Below are positions 62,849-64,000 of a DNA stretch of 64,000 bases, piece by piece. The stretch spans positions 105,064-169,063 of the IMG/VR virus record IMGVR_UViG_3300009177_000029; one strand, given 5' to 3'. Every line of letters starts with the position of its first letter. Positions within the stretch are counted from its first letter, which is position 1. Position numbers and translations under genes: made by a program. The notes beneath the pieces were generated by a model. The model was not told where the DNA came from and did no database searches. It worked only from the letters and a program-made list of their open reading frames with translations. The stretch comes from a virus (Duplodnaviria > Heunggongvirae > Uroviricota > Caudoviricetes).

Positions 62849-63285
62849 TGGCCTTCGACCCTACTACTCCGAAGATTGCGGTTGATATCGTCCTTCGCTG
62901 CGGTCGAAAGATTGCTGTGATCGAGCGCAAGTGGCCACCGCTAGGCTTTGCTCTCCCTGGTGGCTTCGTGGACGTCGGAGAAACTCTGATGCATGCAGCT
63001 TGCCGTGAGACTCAAGAGGAAACTGGCATTGTCATCGGAGAAGACCAACTGCAAAGTCTGGGCTACCTAGATGACCCGAAGCGTGACCCACGACGTCACG
63101 TAATCTCGTTTGGGTTTATCGCCCACCTTGCTCCTATTCAAATCGAGTATGCCGCCGCGGCTGATGACGCAAAAAGCCTCCGCTGGGTGGATATCTTCGA
63201 CTACAAGAAGGAAGGCATCGAGTTCGTCATGCAACACGATATCTTTGTCACTCGTGCCGATCGTCACGTTCACTGGCTTCCATGA
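62848..63285 (+). CDS. Nudix hydrolase (second copy)
   Basis: Nudix box GFVDVGETLMHAACRETQEETGI; TGATG overlap. Confidence 0.7.
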   Translation: MAFDPTTPKIAVDIVLRCGRKIAVIERKWPPLGFALPGGFVDVGETLMHAACRETQEETGIVIGEDQLQSLGYLDDPKRDPRRHVISFGFIAHLAPIQIEYAAAADDAKSLRWVDIFDYKKEGIEFVMQHDIFVTRADRHVHWLP

Positions 63286-63623
63286 GCGAACACGAGTCTC
63301 CGGTCTACATCCCTAGAATGCACAAGTTTGGTTGGAAGAAACCAACACTGAATGGCCATATCAGCCTCGTGCGTTCTAGGTTACCTGCTTCGCAGATAGC
63401 TCAGTGGGATGCATTGTTCGATGATCCGGAAGGGTTCATACCTTCGTGGGTGGTTGACTTCCTGTGTATGGAATACGCGGAACGCCACGTGAAGCACCCA
63501 CGCGACTCCAAGTATTTTGGCTGGGAGTTGAAACCCATTTCCAAAGAGTTGCTGCAAGCAGCTTTCGATAAAGACTGGATGAAGTTCGACAGTATCATCG
63601 GCTTGTACGAGTTGGCCAAATGA
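63282..63623 (+). CDS. GLWELA-family paralog
   Basis: C-term LLQAAFDKDWMKFDSIIGLYELAK; starts MSEH like next gene. Confidence 0.4.
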   Translation: MSEHESPVYIPRMHKFGWKKPTLNGHISLVRSRLPASQIAQWDALFDDPEGFIPSWVVDFLCMEYAERHVKHPRDSKYFGWELKPISKELLQAAFDKDWMKFDSIIGLYELAK

Positions 63624-63979
63624 GTGAACACGCACTTCTACTTCCATGTTTGCTAGGCAGCGACGGCAACACCGAACGCTCTAGAGCATTCAATCTCATC
63701 CTGTCTTCTATGCCTTGGCCTGAGAGCGACAAGTGGTACGCCTTGTTCAAGAGCCAAGCAGGTTACGCACCTATGTGGGCGCTAACATTGCTGCAATACT
63801 CGAAAGAGTTTGAGCGTAGATACGACCAGGATGACCAAGGTAGAAGTGGCTGGATCACACAACCTAAATATACCATTCCACAAGAGTGGATAGACGCGTT
63901 CCATGCAGGTCTCAAGAACGACTGGCAGACGTTCGACAGTGTGCTAGGACTATGGGAGCTTTCTAAAGCAAAGGACTGA
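63620..63979 (+). CDS. GLWELA-family paralog
   Basis: C-term WIDAFHAGLKNDWQTFDSVLGLWELSKAKD. Confidence 0.4.
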   Translation: MSEHALLLPCLLGSDGNTERSRAFNLILSSMPWPESDKWYALFKSQAGYAPMWALTLLQYSKEFERRYDQDDQGRSGWITQPKYTIPQEWIDAFHAGLKNDWQTFDSVLGLWELSKAKD

Positions 63980-64000
63980 ATGGACAATAACACACTACGC

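Overview
This 64-kb window reads as part of a large virulent dsDNA bacteriophage genome (jumbo/T4-like lifestyle). Bacterial expression signals run throughout: Shine-Dalgarno spacing, ATGA/GTGA start-stop overlaps and lipobox lipoproteins. Genes form two divergent arms. About 25 genes lie on the minus strand (1-11421). A ~1.5-kb non-coding hub follows (11422-12967), packed with short TGTAGG/CCTACA and CTCACA/CACACA motifs. All later genes (~100, from 12968 to the end) are on the plus strand. Recognisable genes are mostly nucleotide/NAD metabolism and auxiliary functions. They include a class II B12-dependent ribonucleotide reductase, an ATP-dependent DNA ligase, NadV nicotinamide phosphoribosyltransferase plus an NMN-adenylyltransferase (an NAD salvage pair), a T4 Pnk-like P-loop kinase and HAD phosphatases. 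There are two Nudix hydrolases, two HD phosphohydrolases, a metallophosphoesterase, a macro domain and a GNAT + RHH pair. A MoxR-type AAA+ ATPase sits in tandem with an HExxH metallopeptidase-like protein and a vWA protein. An rIIA-like GHKL ATPase is followed by an rIIB-like protein. The window also holds a HerA/FtsK-like P-loop ATPase behind a sigma70-like promoter, an SPFH/band-7 lipoprotein, and proteins with S4-like and ribosomal L7/L12 C-terminal-like domains. No capsid/tail genes, intact tRNA or CRISPR array were found. A lineage-specific paralogous family has at least 11 members sharing a C-terminal '...AGLxxDWxxFDxxLGLWELA' motif. Three of them carry a C2HC zinc finger. A separate tandem triplication of ~100-aa genes is also present. 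Other unusual structures include a GC-rich (~68%) island at 12.9-14.1 kb and a 140-bp element bounded by 16-22-bp inverted repeats. A 24-bp perfect palindrome and two tRNA T-arm-like hairpins (GGTTCGATTCC) lie just upstream of genes. Family assignments rest on motif recognition by eye and still need HMM or structure-prediction confirmation.
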